Part shown: piece after piece, positions 51,585 to 62,727 of the stretch
How the letters are laid out: every line of letters begins with the position of its first letter
How positions within the stretch are numbered: the stretch's first letter is position 1
NCBI GenBank assembly: GCA_018401455.1
Contig: JAGYKU010000003.1
Span: forward strand, 20,244 to 84,243
From: Flavobacteriales bacterium
GTDB lineage: Bacteria; Bacteroidota; Bacteroidia; Flavobacteriales_D; Parvicellaceae
Direction of reading: 5' to 3'
DNA: 64,000 bases
Program-made: the position numbers and the translations under genes
The notes under the pieces: model-generated
Seen by the model: only the letters and a program-made list of their open reading frames with translations
Told to the model about the DNA's origin: nothing
The model's database searches: none

Positions 51585-52283
51585 TCAAATTCTATTCCTA
51601 ACCGTCCTCTGCTCAATTCTTTTTTCGTATTTTTCTCCTTGGAATATTCTGTTGACAAGAATTCCTGGTATGTGAATCTCATTTGGGTTTAAAGTTCCTA
51701 GAGGTACTAATTCTTCAACTTCAGCAATAGTAATTTTTGCAGCACCACACATATTTGGGTTGAAGTTTCTTGCTGTACCTTTGAATATTAAATTCCCAGC
51801 AGAATCTCCCTTCCACGCTTTAACGATAGAGAAATCAGCTTTATAAGCCTCTTCCATAACGTACATTTTACCGTTAAATTCTCTTGTTTCTTTTCCTTCG
51901 GCAACTTCAGTTCCATATCCAGCAGGTGTGAAAAATGCTGGGATTCCAGCTTGTGCTGCTCTACATTTTTCGGCTAATGTACCTTGTGGTGTTAATTCTA
52001 CTTCTAGTTCACCACTTAGCATTTGTCTTTCGAATTCATCATTTTCACCTACATAAGAGGAAATCATTTTTTTAATTTGTTTTCCCTGTAATAATAATCC
52101 TAATCCAAAATCATCTACTCCAGCGTTATTTGAAATACAGGTGATGTTTTGAACTTTTTTATTAACCAATTCAGCAATGCAATTCTCTGGAATTCCACAA
52201 AGACCGAAACCACCTAACATAATAGTCATTCCATCTTCTATTCCTTCACACGCTTTTACTGCATTTGCAACTACCTTATTCAT
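51585..52283 (-). CDS. scoA: 3-oxoacid CoA-transferase subunit A
   Basis: [27 protein letters not shown]. Confidence 0.92.
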   Translation of the reverse strand: MNKVVANAVKACEGIEDGMTIMLGGFGLCGIPENCIAELVNKKVQNITCISNNAGVDDFGLGLLLQGKQIKKMISSYVGENDEFERQMLSGELEVELTPQGTLAEKCRAAQAGIPAFFTPAGYGTEVAEGKETREFNGKMYVMEEAYKADFSIVKAWKGDSAGNLIFKGTARNFNPNMCGAAKITIAEVEELVPLGTLNPNEIHIPGILVNRIFQGEKYEKRIEQRTVRNRI

Positions 52284-52317
52284 AATTCTATTTTTTAATT
52301 TTTAATAAAACTTTATT

Positions 52318-54891
52318 TTACCAATCATCTTCATTGCTTTCAAAAGACTCTGAAGATTCTTGCCAATTTAGTTTGTCTCCACCATTTCCATCAAAATTAA
52401 AATCAAAAGGGGAGGAGTTCATTTGTACATCACAATCAATAGGATCTTTTATCATACTTGCTGGTCTTGGGAAATCACCTTGTGAAATGTTTATCGTACT
52501 GTCTTCATATACTTTGTGCATATAATAAGCCCACATAGGCAACGCCATGTTGGTTCCCATTCCCAGTTGAAGACTTCTAAAACGAACAGACCTGTCTTCG
52601 GCTCCTACCCACACACCAGTTACTAAATCTGGAGTCATTCCCATAAACCAACCATCAGATTGATTTTGAGTAGTTCCTGTTTTTCCAGCAATTGGCATTT
52701 TCAAACCTGCATAAGGTCTTTTTTCGGATTGTTTTCCTCTTATTCTTAAGGCCGTTCCACCTACCATTTTTCTGCCATCTTTATTTTTTAAAGTAGGATG
52801 TTGGATACCAGAAGTTGTTCTTTTTAGAATACTCAACATGGTGTATGCAGTTTCTTTATTCCAAACAGGAGTGATTTTTTGCTCAGGTTCATAAATAATG
52901 TTCCCATTTTTGTCTTCAATTCTTAAAATATAAATAGGTTCAACATAAATCCCTTCATTTACAAAGGAGCACATTCCACCTACCATTTCATAAACGCTCA
53001 AATCTAAAACTCCCAACGCCATAGATGGAACAGGCAAATACCCAGTTGTGTCTATTCCTAATTGTCCCACTCTGTCCCAAACTTTAGAAGGCATTACACC
53101 ATTTTGCAAACCTATAACATAAGCTGTTATATTGTTCATCGATGCTGCAAGGGCAAATGGAATAGGAGTTAAAGCCCCAGTTAATTTAGATCCAGCATTT
53201 CCCGGACACCACATTTTGTTTTTATATTGATTATAAGGAACTTCTACACAATAAGAAATGTCAGGAACTGAAGTGCAAGGTGTGATGGCACCAATTTCCA
53301 ATGCTGTTGCATAAACAAAAGGTTTAAAGGTTGAGCCTACTTGTCTTCTTCCTTTCTTTACCATATCATATTTGAAATGTTGAAAGTGAGGTCCGCCTAC
53401 CCATGCTTTTACATGACCAGTATGAGGATCAATAGAAATCATTGAAGCACGAAGTAAACTTTTGTAATAACGAATTGAATCAATTGGAGAAAGAATCGTA
53501 TCTTTTTCATAATTTTCTGCCTGCCAATCGAATATTTTCATTGGTTTGGGCGTTTCGAAAATTTCATCAATTTGGTTTTGGGTTCTTATCGGTTCTTCGT
53601 GATGACAATACTCACAATGATAATGGTTGTCTTTTTTTACGAGCCACTTTTCGGGTCTTTCACAATAGGCACATACTTTTCCAGTTAATTTCTTATAGAG
53701 TTGAGATTGCTTTTTTGCAGTAAGCATTATGGTATCAATTTGTCCTTGATTTAAATCGTTTGAAAAAGGAGGATTTTTCCATTTAGCATTATTATTAAAG
53801 AAATCTTCTTGCAATTCAAATTTTAAATGCTCTTGTACAGCCCACTCTGCATAAGATTGCATTCTGGAATCAATGGTTGTATAGATTTTTAATCCATCAG
53901 CATAAATGTCGTAATTAGAACCATCACTTTTCTTAATTTTATAGGAGCCATCAGGGTTTTTTGCATTCAAAATAGTAGTGATTTCCCCCCTTAATGTTTC
54001 CCTAAAATAAGGTGCTAAACCAGTTTGGTGATCTACTTTTGTATAGTTAAGTCCAAGTGGAAGTAGTTTGATTGAATCATATTCCGCTTGGGTAATATAA
54101 TTCAATTTTTTCATTTGGGAAAGTACCACAGACCTTCTTATCATAACAGTATCTGGCACTCTCAAAGGGTTAAACATAGAAGGGTTTTTTGCCATTCCAA
54201 CGAGCATAGAGCGCTTCATGCAACTCTAAATCTTTTGGTTTTTTACTAAAATAAACCATTGCTGCAGAATTGATTCCAACAGCGTTATTCAAGAAATCAA
54301 ATTTATTGAAATACATCAATGATTTCTTCTTTGGTATAACTTTTTTCAAGTCTAGTTGCAATAATCCATTCCTTAAATTTTCTTTTGACCAATTCAATTT
54401 TTGTCATTTTTTCCCTAGGAAAAAGCATTTTGGCTAATTGTTGAGAAATGGTACTACCTCCTCCTTGGTTATCACCTGTTACAACACCTTTTATAACACG
54501 TCCGGTTGCTCTTATGTCCACCCCAGAATGGTTGTGGAATCTTTCGTCTTCTGTAATTTATCAATGCCTGAACTAAGTATGGAGACAAATCAACATAAGA
54601 TATATTGGTTCTATTTTCTCTAAAATATTTACCCAATTCCACGTCATCAGAAGAAATGACAATAGAGGCTAAATTACTTTGTGGATTTTTCTAATTCATC
54701 AAAACCTGGTAAATCTTCATCTGCTATATATAGCATCGTTCTTAATCAATATAGGGTGAGAATAATCCTAGCCATAACAGAACAATAAACGTCCATCTCA
54801 CCCAAGTTTTTAACTTTCTTTTGGGCTTTTTGACAACTTCTTCCTGAGTTTTATTTTGTTGTTCTTCATTAATTATTTCTTGTAGCGTCAA
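52318..54891 (-). CDS. mrcA: Class A penicillin-binding protein 1A; transglycosylase region broken by several frameshifts
   Basis: TEDERF, GGGSTISQQLAK, RKFKEW in fragments; transpeptidase motifs GSTFK, SMN, KTGT; probable TTG start at 54891. Confidence 0.88.
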
Positions 54892-55206
54892 AGTAGTAAA
54901 AAAATATATGCTTCAAAGCCGAAATTGAAAACTGTTGAAAAATGTCAACAATTAACTTTAGATTCAATTTAGTTTGTTTTATTAAAATGAATTTAATGAA
55001 TATTTTAATGTTAATAAAAGTTGTTTGTAAAAACACATTCAGTCTTTTTAGCGTTGTTTTTATATATTATTGATTTTGAATAGTTTTGGAGTGTGTGAAT
55101 TATTTAAAACGATAAAGAATTTTTGGAATATCAACTAATTGTTAACAAAACACAAATCTTGGTTAAAATTATTTTAAAATCTGCTTGTTTAGTTTGTACT
55201 AAAACC

Positions 55207-55214
55207 TACCTTTG
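55207..55214 (+). promoter_or_regulatory. Bacteroidota -7 promoter element of the atp operon
   Basis: TACCTTTG about 40 nt upstream of the atpB ATG. Confidence 0.65.
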
Positions 55215-55253
55215 CACCCGATTTTGAAAGTTAAGATTAAAAAACAATCGAAA

Positions 55254-56333
55254 ATGAAGTTTGAAACTTATTTTAAGTCTTTGATTATAACATCTTTAAT
55301 GGTGTTCGCGTCTTTAAGTACATTTGCTAGTGAAGAAAAAGGAGAGAAGGAAGCATTTGATCCTGTTGAGTTTGCTATTCATCACGTTTTGGATAATCAC
55401 GAAATTCACGTTTGGGGAGAAGGAGAAGATGCTTTTGTAATTCCTTTGCCGGTTATTGTTTTTGGAAGCGAGGGGATGGCTGTATTCTTATCTTCAGAAT
55501 TCCATCATGATGATCATGGACATCACATTGTAGAAAAAAACGGAATGCAATTCGTAAAGAATCATGACAAAATTTATGAGTTAAACAAAGGAGAGCATCA
55601 TTTGAAATACGATAAGGAAGGTAATCTTGAAAATGCAACAAAACCTTTTGATTTATCAATTACAAAGAACGTAGCCACTTTAATACTTGTTGCAATTATT
55701 TTAATTTTAGTTTTTAGAGCAGTTGGAAAGCATTATGCAAGAAATGGTGCTGTTGCTCCAAAAGGATTAGCATCTTGGATGGAACCATTGATTTTGTTTA
55801 TCAGAGATGATATCGCTAAAAACAACATCAAAAGTGGTTATGAACGTTTTATGCCATTTTTATTGACGGTATTTTTCTTTATCCTTTGTGGAAATATTTT
55901 GGGATTAATTCCAGTATTAACAAATCCAAACTTAACTGGTAATATTTCAGTGACTATGACATTAGCTTTGTTTATGTTGGTCATTCAGTTGATTTATTCT
56001 AAATCTGCTTTTTGGAAACACATTTTTATGCCTCCAGGTGTTCCTGTTGCGCTTTATCCAATTTTAGTTCCTATAGAATTAGCTGGTATAATTATAAAAC
56101 CAGTGGCATTGTTGATTCGTTTGTTTGCAAACATCACTGCGGGTCACATTATTGTAATTTCATTAGTGTCTATCATTTTTGTTAATCAAAGTGTTGGCTG
56201 GGCAGGATTGTCTGTTCCGATGACATTATTTATCTCAGTTTTAGAAATTTTAGTAGCCTTTTTACAGGCATATATATTTACGATGTTGTCTGCTTTGTTC
56301 ATAGGAATGGCAGTAGAGGAGGCGCATCATTAA
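55254..56333 (+). CDS. atpB: ATP synthase F0 subunit a
   Basis: IRLFANITAGH, LQAYIF; Bacteroidota-type N-terminal extension. Confidence 0.96.
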   Translation: MKFETYFKSLIITSLMVFASLSTFASEEKGEKEAFDPVEFAIHHVLDNHEIHVWGEGEDAFVIPLPVIVFGSEGMAVFLSSEFHHDDHGHHIVEKNGMQFVKNHDKIYELNKGEHHLKYDKEGNLENATKPFDLSITKNVATLILVAIILILVFRAVGKHYARNGAVAPKGLASWMEPLILFIRDDIAKNNIKSGYERFMPFLLTVFFFILCGNILGLIPVLTNPNLTGNISVTMTLALFMLVIQLIYSKSAFWKHIFMPPGVPVALYPILVPIELAGIIIKPVALLIRLFANITAGHIIVISLVSIIFVNQSVGWAGLSVPMTLFISVLEILVAFLQAYIFTMLSALFIGMAVEEAHH

Positions 56334-56371
56334 TTAAACGTGTAATTATTAATCAAAAACAAATATAAATT

Positions 56372-56593
56372 ATGAATGAGTTTATTTTTCATGGAGGTTT
56401 TGCTGCAATAGGTGGTGGACTTGCTGTATTAGGAGCTGGTTTAGGTATCGGTAGAATCGGTGGATCTGCTATGGACGCTATCGCTAGACAACCAGAAGCT
56501 GCTGATAAGATTCAGACTGCAATGATTATTGCTGCTGCTCTTGTTGAGGGTGCTGCTCTATTTGGAATTGTTGTGGCTTTGCTACAAGGATAA
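56372..56593 (+). CDS. atpE: ATP synthase F0 subunit c
   Basis: GAGLGIG, ARQPE, ALVEG. Confidence 0.97.
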   Translation: MNEFIFHGGFAAIGGGLAVLGAGLGIGRIGGSAMDAIARQPEAADKIQTAMIIAAALVEGAALFGIVVALLQG

Positions 56594-56601
56594 GATTTCA
56601 G

Positions 56602-56636
56602 AAGAAGTTGGTTAGGGATTGCCTTTCCAACTTCTT
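56602..56636 (+). promoter_or_regulatory. Intra-operon hairpin after atpE (mRNA stability or attenuation)
   Basis: aagaagttgg...ccaacttctt. Confidence 0.55.
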
Positions 56637-56687
56637 TATTTAATTTTGGTTAAAAAAAAAGATTAATAAAAGTCAATTATAATAAGT

Positions 56688-57188
56688 ATGAATAATCCAT
56701 TAGTAGAACCCAGTTTAGGATTGATGATTTGGACAACACTTGTTTTCTTAGTGTTGTTGTTTTTGCTTACCAAATTTGCTTGGAAGCCAGTTTTGAAAGC
56801 AGTAAAAGAAAGAGAGTCAAAAATTGATGATGCTTTGAAAGCTGCCGAAAATGCTAAGTTAGAGATGGCAAAATTGAAGTCTCAAAACGAAGATATGAAG
56901 CAAGAGGCATTAGCTGCTCGTGAAGCGATGATGAGAGAGGCGAAAGAAACTAAAGACAGTATCATTGCTGAGGCTAAAAACATCGCTAAATCTGAGTCTG
57001 AAAAAATTATTTCATCTGCTAGAGAAGAAATTAAAGCAGAGAAAAATGCTGCAATGTCTGAAATCAAAAATCAAGTTGCAATACTTTCTATTGAAATAGC
57101 AGAAAAGATTGTAAAAGAGAAGTTGGGAGCAGACGAAAAGCAAAAAGCTTTAGTTGATAATATTATTGAAGAAGTAAATCTGAACTAA
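56688..57188 (+). CDS. atpF: ATP synthase F0 subunit b
   Basis: GLMIW, KFAWKPV, coiled coil. Confidence 0.95.
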   Translation: MNNPLVEPSLGLMIWTTLVFLVLLFLLTKFAWKPVLKAVKERESKIDDALKAAENAKLEMAKLKSQNEDMKQEALAAREAMMREAKETKDSIIAEAKNIAKSESEKIISSAREEIKAEKNAAMSEIKNQVAILSIEIAEKIVKEKLGADEKQKALVDNIIEEVNLN

Positions 57189-57190
57189 TT

Positions 57191-57730
57191 ATGACAGGTT
57201 CATTAGCATCAAGAAGATACGCAAAATCATTGATTTCTTTTTCCATTGAGAAAAGTGCTTTGGATGTTGTATATAAAGATATGCAATTGATAAACGCTAC
57301 GATTTCTGAGAATAAAGATTTTCAAGATTTATTGAAAAGTCCAATCGTTAAACCTGAAAAGAAAAACACGATTTTGTCGATGATTTTCAAAGGTAAGATT
57401 GATTCTATTACGTCTGATTTTTTGAAATTAGTAGTGGATAAAAACAGAGTAGATATGTTGAGAGATATTTCTGGTTCTTTTGTGTCAGAATACAAAGTTC
57501 ACAAAAATATTTCAATGGTTGAGGTTTCGTCTGCTGTGAAGTTAGATGAGGCACAAAAAAGTAAAATATTGGCTATCGCTGCAAAACAAGGCGCTACAAA
57601 CGCAGAAGTTATCGAAAAAATCGATGCTTCATTGATTGGAGGTTTTGTTTTGAAAATGGGCGATAAACAAATAGATGCAAGTATTCAAAACCAATTGAAC
57701 AACTTGAAACAAGAATTAATAAAGAATTAA
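57191..57730 (+). CDS. atpH: ATP synthase F1 subunit delta
   Basis: RYAKSL, IDASLIGG, IDASI. Confidence 0.95.
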   Translation: MTGSLASRRYAKSLISFSIEKSALDVVYKDMQLINATISENKDFQDLLKSPIVKPEKKNTILSMIFKGKIDSITSDFLKLVVDKNRVDMLRDISGSFVSEYKVHKNISMVEVSSAVKLDEAQKSKILAIAAKQGATNAEVIEKIDASLIGGFVLKMGDKQIDASIQNQLNNLKQELIKN

Positions 57731-57765
57731 GAACAAAAATTTAGATATCATAAATAATCAAGATT

Positions 57766-59343
57766 ATGGCAGGAATTAACCCAGCAGAAGTATCATCAAT
57801 CCTTAGAGAACAACTTTCAGGATTAAAAACAGAGGCTCAATTAGAAGAAGTAGGTACCGTTCTTCAAGTTGGAGATGGTATTGCTAGAATTTATGGTTTA
57901 TCCAGTGTACAATACGGTGAGTTGATCCAATTTGACAGTGGATTGCAAGCAATTGCATTAAACCTTGAAGAAGATAACGTAGGAGCAGTATTACTTGGAA
58001 CATCAACAGATGTAAAAGAAGGAGATACTGTAAAAAGAACTAAAAAGATTGCATCTGTTCAAGTAGGTGAAGGTCTTTTAGGTCGTGTAATTAATACATT
58101 GGGAGAACCAATAGACGGAAAAGGACCTATCGAAGGAACTTTATACCAAATGCCAATCGAAAGAAAAGCACCAGGTGTTATTTACCGTCAACCAGTTACA
58201 GAACCTTTGCAAACAGGTATTAAGTCTGTTGATGCTATGATTCCAGTAGGAAGAGGTCAAAGAGAGTTGGTAATTGGAGATAGAGGTACTGGAAAAACGA
58301 CTGTTTGTATAGATACTATCATCAATCAAAAAGAGTTTTATGACAAAGGTGAGCCTGTATTTTGTATCTATGTTGCAGTAGGTCAAAAAGGTTCTACAGT
58401 TGCTGGAATTGTTAAGAAATTAGAAGATGCGGGTGCAATGGCTTATACAGTTGTTGTCGCTTCAAATGCATCAGATCCTGCTCCAATGCAGTTTTATGCT
58501 CCTTTCACAGGTGCAGCTGTTGGTGAGTTTTTTAGAGATACAGGAAGACCAGCTTTGATTGTATTTGATGATTTATCAAAACAAGCAGTTGCTTACCGTG
58601 AAGTTTCTCTATTATTGAGAAGACCTCCAGGAAGAGAAGCATACCCAGGGGATGTTTTCTACCTTCATTCAAGATTGTTAGAAAGAGCAGCAAAAATTAA
58701 TGCTTCAGATACGATTGCAGCGCAAATGAATGATTTACCTGAGTCTTTAAGACCAATTGTAAAAGGTGGAGGATCATTAACAGCACTTCCAATTATCGAA
58801 ACACAAGCAGGTGACGTTTCTGCATATATTCCAACCAACGTAATTTCGATTACAGATGGTCAGATATTCTTGGAAGCGAATTTATTTAACTCTGGTGTTC
58901 GTCCAGCGATCAATGTAGGTATTTCGGTATCTCGTGTAGGTGGTAACGCTCAGATTAAATCTATGAAGAAAGTTGCTGGTACATTGAAATTAGACCAAGC
59001 ACAATATAGAGAGTTGGAAGCATTTGCTAAATTCGGTTCTGACCTTGATGCTGCTACAAAAGCGGTATTAGAAAAAGGTGCTAGAAACGTTGAAATTTTG
59101 AAGCAAAATGAAGGTTCTCCGCTTCCTGTTGAAGAGCAGATTGCAATTATTTACTGTGGTACAAAAGGATTGTTGAATTCAGTACCTGTAAATAAAGTAA
59201 AAGCATTTGAAGAAGATTACTTAAGAACATTAAGAACATCACACAGTGAAGTTTTAGATGAACTTAGAAATGGAAAATTGACAGATCAAGTTATTGATAC
59301 TTTAACTGATGTGGCTAAGCAAATGTGTGAAAATTATAAATAA
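57766..59343 (+). CDS. atpA: ATP synthase F1 subunit alpha
   Basis: [35 protein letters not shown]. Confidence 0.98.
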   Translation: MAGINPAEVSSILREQLSGLKTEAQLEEVGTVLQVGDGIARIYGLSSVQYGELIQFDSGLQAIALNLEEDNVGAVLLGTSTDVKEGDTVKRTKKIASVQVGEGLLGRVINTLGEPIDGKGPIEGTLYQMPIERKAPGVIYRQPVTEPLQTGIKSVDAMIPVGRGQRELVIGDRGTGKTTVCIDTIINQKEFYDKGEPVFCIYVAVGQKGSTVAGIVKKLEDAGAMAYTVVVASNASDPAPMQFYAPFTGAAVGEFFRDTGRPALIVFDDLSKQAVAYREVSLLLRRPPGREAYPGDVFYLHSRLLERAAKINASDTIAAQMNDLPESLRPIVKGGGSLTALPIIETQAGDVSAYIPTNVISITDGQIFLEANLFNSGVRPAINVGISVSRVGGNAQIKSMKKVAGTLKLDQAQYRELEAFAKFGSDLDAATKAVLEKGARNVEILKQNEGSPLPVEEQIAIIYCGTKGLLNSVPVNKVKAFEEDYLRTLRTSHSEVLDELRNGKLTDQVIDTLTDVAKQMCENYK

Positions 59344-59369
59344 TAACTAATCTAGAAAATTCATCCTTC

Positions 59370-60251
59370 ATGGCGAATTTAAAAGAAATAAGAAATAGAA
59401 TTACTTCAGTTAATTCAACGATGCAAATCACTTCAGCAATGAAGATGGTTTCTGCAGCGAAGTTGAAAAGAGCTCAGGATGCCATTACTCAAATGCGTCC
59501 TTATGCTGAAAAACTGCAAGAAATCTTAAGCAATTTGTCTTCTTCTTTGGATGCAAATGAAAATCAATATACACAAAAAAGAGCGCTTAAGAACGTTCTT
59601 ATTGTTGGTATCAATTCCAACAGAGGTTTGTGTGGTGGATTCAACAATTACATTGTAAAAGAAGTAAAAAGATTGGCGCTTTCTGAGTACAAAGATTGCA
59701 ACGTTGCTATTTTACCTATTGGTAAAAAAATGAATGATGCACTTAAAGGAACTGAATTTGCCATCAAAGGAACAAGATTGCCGCATCATACCGAAAAAGT
59801 ATGGGACAACTTGAACTTTGATAGTGCTTCACAGATTTCAGAAGTATTGATGGAGCGATTTACAGATAGATCTTTTGACAAAATTATATTGGTATATAAT
59901 GCGTTTAATAATGCTGCTTCACAAACAGTGACTACTGAACAGTTTTTACCCATTATTCCTAGTGTAAACGAAAGTGCAAAAACAGCAACTGCTGATTACA
60001 TTTTTGAACCTTCTAAAGAAGAAATCGTTACTAATTTGGTTCCGAATTCACTTAAGATTCAGTTTTATAAAGCTCTTCTAGATTCAAATGCTTCTGAACA
60101 CGGTGCTCGTATGACAGCGATGCATAAAGCAACAGACAATGCAACTTCTTTGAAGAAAGATTTACAGTTGTTTTACAATAAAGCTCGTCAAGCAGCAATT
60201 ACAAATGAGATTCTTGAAATTGTAGGTGGTGCAGAAGCTTTGAACGGCTAA
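59370..60251 (+). CDS. atpG: ATP synthase F1 subunit gamma
   Basis: ITSAMKMVSAAKL, RGLCG, ARMTAM, RQAAITNEILEI. Confidence 0.97.
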   Translation: MANLKEIRNRITSVNSTMQITSAMKMVSAAKLKRAQDAITQMRPYAEKLQEILSNLSSSLDANENQYTQKRALKNVLIVGINSNRGLCGGFNNYIVKEVKRLALSEYKDCNVAILPIGKKMNDALKGTEFAIKGTRLPHHTEKVWDNLNFDSASQISEVLMERFTDRSFDKIILVYNAFNNAASQTVTTEQFLPIIPSVNESAKTATADYIFEPSKEEIVTNLVPNSLKIQFYKALLDSNASEHGARMTAMHKATDNATSLKKDLQLFYNKARQAAITNEILEIVGGAEALNG

Positions 60252-60276
60252 TCAAACACTGATTTAATAAAATTTG

Positions 60277-60307
60277 AAAGGCTATCTTAAATAAGGTAGC
60301 CTTTTTT
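60277..60307 (+). terminator. atp operon terminator
   Basis: aaaggctatctt-aaat-aaggtagccttt followed by a T tract. Confidence 0.85.
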
Positions 60308-60541
60308 GTTGTGCTGATTTTTAAATAATTAGTTGGAAAAAGTTTGCTAATTAGGAATTGGATTCCTAATTTTACATAAAATATGAAGATTCAAAGAGAA
60401 ATATCGAGTAAAATATTAAATGCTTTGGGTAGAGAGAATAAATTAAGAAAGGCTGGTGCGCGATTAGCTATAGCGTATCTCGTTCCATTTTGACATTTAA
60501 GATAATTTTAATTGGAAATTTGTATTCCTCAATCAGGGTAA

Positions 60542-60712
60542 CGTTCCAATTAGCACCTTATAGTATTTTTATATTTTAATTGTTTGATAATCAATATGAT
60601 TATGATTTTTAGAATTGTGGTTTTTAAGGTAGTATATGCTAACTTAAAAAATAGTTAACTGATTTAAAGGACTTTAAAATCTTTTTTTAACCTTGCGTTC
60701 CAATTAGCACCT
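60542..60712. repeat. 17-bp exact direct repeat CGTTCCAATTAGCACCT
   Basis: Copies at 60542-60558 and 60696-60712. Confidence 0.85.
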
Positions 60713-60863
60713 AATAAATAAGTTACCTTTCGATTTATGAATTATGAGTTGATGACAATAAATTCAATACAAGTTCTTCTAATCCATAGATTAAAGTTTT
60801 TTATTCTTTTGGTTAACAGAATGTTTTCTATTTTTGTAAGATACATAAATAAATAAAATAAAA

Positions 60864-62417
60864 ATGAAATCACTGTTTTTCCTCTCCACATTGTTTTTGA
60901 GTGCTCTTGTTTCTTTTGGTCAACTAGAAAATTTGAAATATGATATTAGTTATTATAAAGATGAAGTTAATGGAGTAATATACGTTGGTGGTATTACAGA
61001 AGAAAGCAAATATGCTGTAGTAAAATTAGACGAAGACTTTAATGTTTTGGCATCTTTGACGACTTCTTTTACAAAAGATAAAAAAACAGAATACGAAACA
61101 TCTTTACTTCCTCCTGATATGTACGTTTCAGAATGGGATAATGAAAACTCAAAAATATCATTTAATGAAGAATTAGAATTGGGCGAATTCAAATTCAACA
61201 ATGAGCAAATAAATTTATTTAACTCATTTAATAAGGGTAAATACGTCTATGTTTTCAAAGATTCAACAGCCTATAGTAACAATTTACCACTAGTATTGAC
61301 TTGTTATGAAAAATTAGGATTCGAGTTAAAATTAATTTGGGAGAAGAATATAGGAATTCAAGATCAAACGGGAATTAAGATACTTGATGTTTCTGATGAG
61401 TTTGTTTATTTTTATGATAAAAAAGACAACACTAATTTTGTGGTTTTCCAATACAATTTAAAAGTAGATAAGGTATTTAATTCTAAAAATATTAAAGTTG
61501 ATTATACGGAAGAGATAACTGTTAGTGAAATAAAATATGACAAGTACCGTCAGCATATTTATATTGGATTTACAGAAAATATAGGGAATAAAAGAGAAGA
61601 TAATTATGCCAACATTAGTCTATTTGTTTTAGATAAAGATTTAAATGAAGTTTTTAATCCTGTGGTAAAGAATAATGTTTATTCTAAAAAAGAATGCATT
61701 ATTAACACAGCGGCTGGAAAAATTGAATATGATTTTAAATATACAGACAATAAGCCAATGTTTATCGTTTCATCTTCAGGAGTGAATATGCAAGTGCTTC
61801 ATGCACTTAGATTAAAATCTGCATCAAGTAGTAGTAACTTATCAAAACAGAGTAACAATATCCCGTCACAAGATTACTCCTCAATATTAGGAATAACAGA
61901 TATAAGTGTTATTAATAATCAGCCTCAAATCAATTACTACAACCAACAATCTTTAATGGAATGTTACAATAACTTTAAGCCATTAAACAAAGGAACATTA
62001 ATCATTAGTTATTATCGTGATAAAGTATTTTATAAAGGGGGATCAATTTATATGATCCCTAAAACATATAAAGATGCTCAAAAAAATGATAAGTCATCCC
62101 TCCCTATTGTTTATATGGATTTGTTAAATAAAGTAAATCTAAAAGTATCAGAAAATGTAAAACTAGATTATTTGGATTTATTTGTAAGGGGTTATCATTC
62201 TGATATTTTGTACAACTATTCAAAATATTCAACAAATTTAATATCAAAAATGAAACCTTTTCATTTTCATGATATACTCTTTATTAATGAAAAGTCTTTT
62301 AGTATTCCATCAGCAAATGAGGAAAAAGTGTTATGGTTTTATGTTACCGAAGTAAGATATAATAAAGCAACCGATAGAGATTCAAAATTTTCTTATGCAA
62401 TAGACACACTAGAATAA
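60864..62417 (+). CDS. Hypothetical secreted protein, beta-rich
   Basis: 517-aa ORF with signal peptide ending VSFG-Q; no recognised motif. Confidence 0.7.
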   Translation: MKSLFFLSTLFLSALVSFGQLENLKYDISYYKDEVNGVIYVGGITEESKYAVVKLDEDFNVLASLTTSFTKDKKTEYETSLLPPDMYVSEWDNENSKISFNEELELGEFKFNNEQINLFNSFNKGKYVYVFKDSTAYSNNLPLVLTCYEKLGFELKLIWEKNIGIQDQTGIKILDVSDEFVYFYDKKDNTNFVVFQYNLKVDKVFNSKNIKVDYTEEITVSEIKYDKYRQHIYIGFTENIGNKREDNYANISLFVLDKDLNEVFNPVVKNNVYSKKECIINTAAGKIEYDFKYTDNKPMFIVSSSGVNMQVLHALRLKSASSSSNLSKQSNNIPSQDYSSILGITDISVINNQPQINYYNQQSLMECYNNFKPLNKGTLIISYYRDKVFYKGGSIYMIPKTYKDAQKNDKSSLPIVYMDLLNKVNLKVSENVKLDYLDLFVRGYHSDILYNYSKYSTNLISKMKPFHFHDILFINEKSFSIPSANEEKVLWFYVTEVRYNKATDRDSKFSYAIDTLE

Positions 62418-62522
62418 TAATGATGAATGAGCCAAAATATTGAAAAAATAGGACTTTGTTTTTTTGCACTAATCTCTTCACTAGGGTTAATGTCACAAAA
62501 AGAATGGACAACATTAGTTTCC

Positions 62523-62707
62523 CCGCTCCGCTGGATTTGTAATCCTGCGGAACATTAAACTCTCATAGAAAACTTCGTTTAAATTTTTGTTGTTGTCCAT
62601 TCAAGCAATACATTTTAATTTTTAAATGAAAAAAAGATGTACTTTAGTAATTCAAAATGGGCGATATAAATGCATATCTTAGTAGGGTTTGCAATCCTAC
62701 GGAGCGG
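62523..62707. repeat. REP-like inverted doublet (GGATTTGTAATCC type)
   Basis: CCGCTCCGCTGGATTTGTAATCCTGCGG (62523-62550) is inverted relative to GTAGGGTTTGCAATCCTACGGAGCGG (62682-62707). Confidence 0.7.
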
Positions 62708-62727
62708 TTGACAAATAAAACTAAGAT

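Noticed and set aside
55254-60251. Missing atpD/atpC and a long His-rich atpB N-terminus as novelties
   Set aside because: Both are normal for Bacteroidota.
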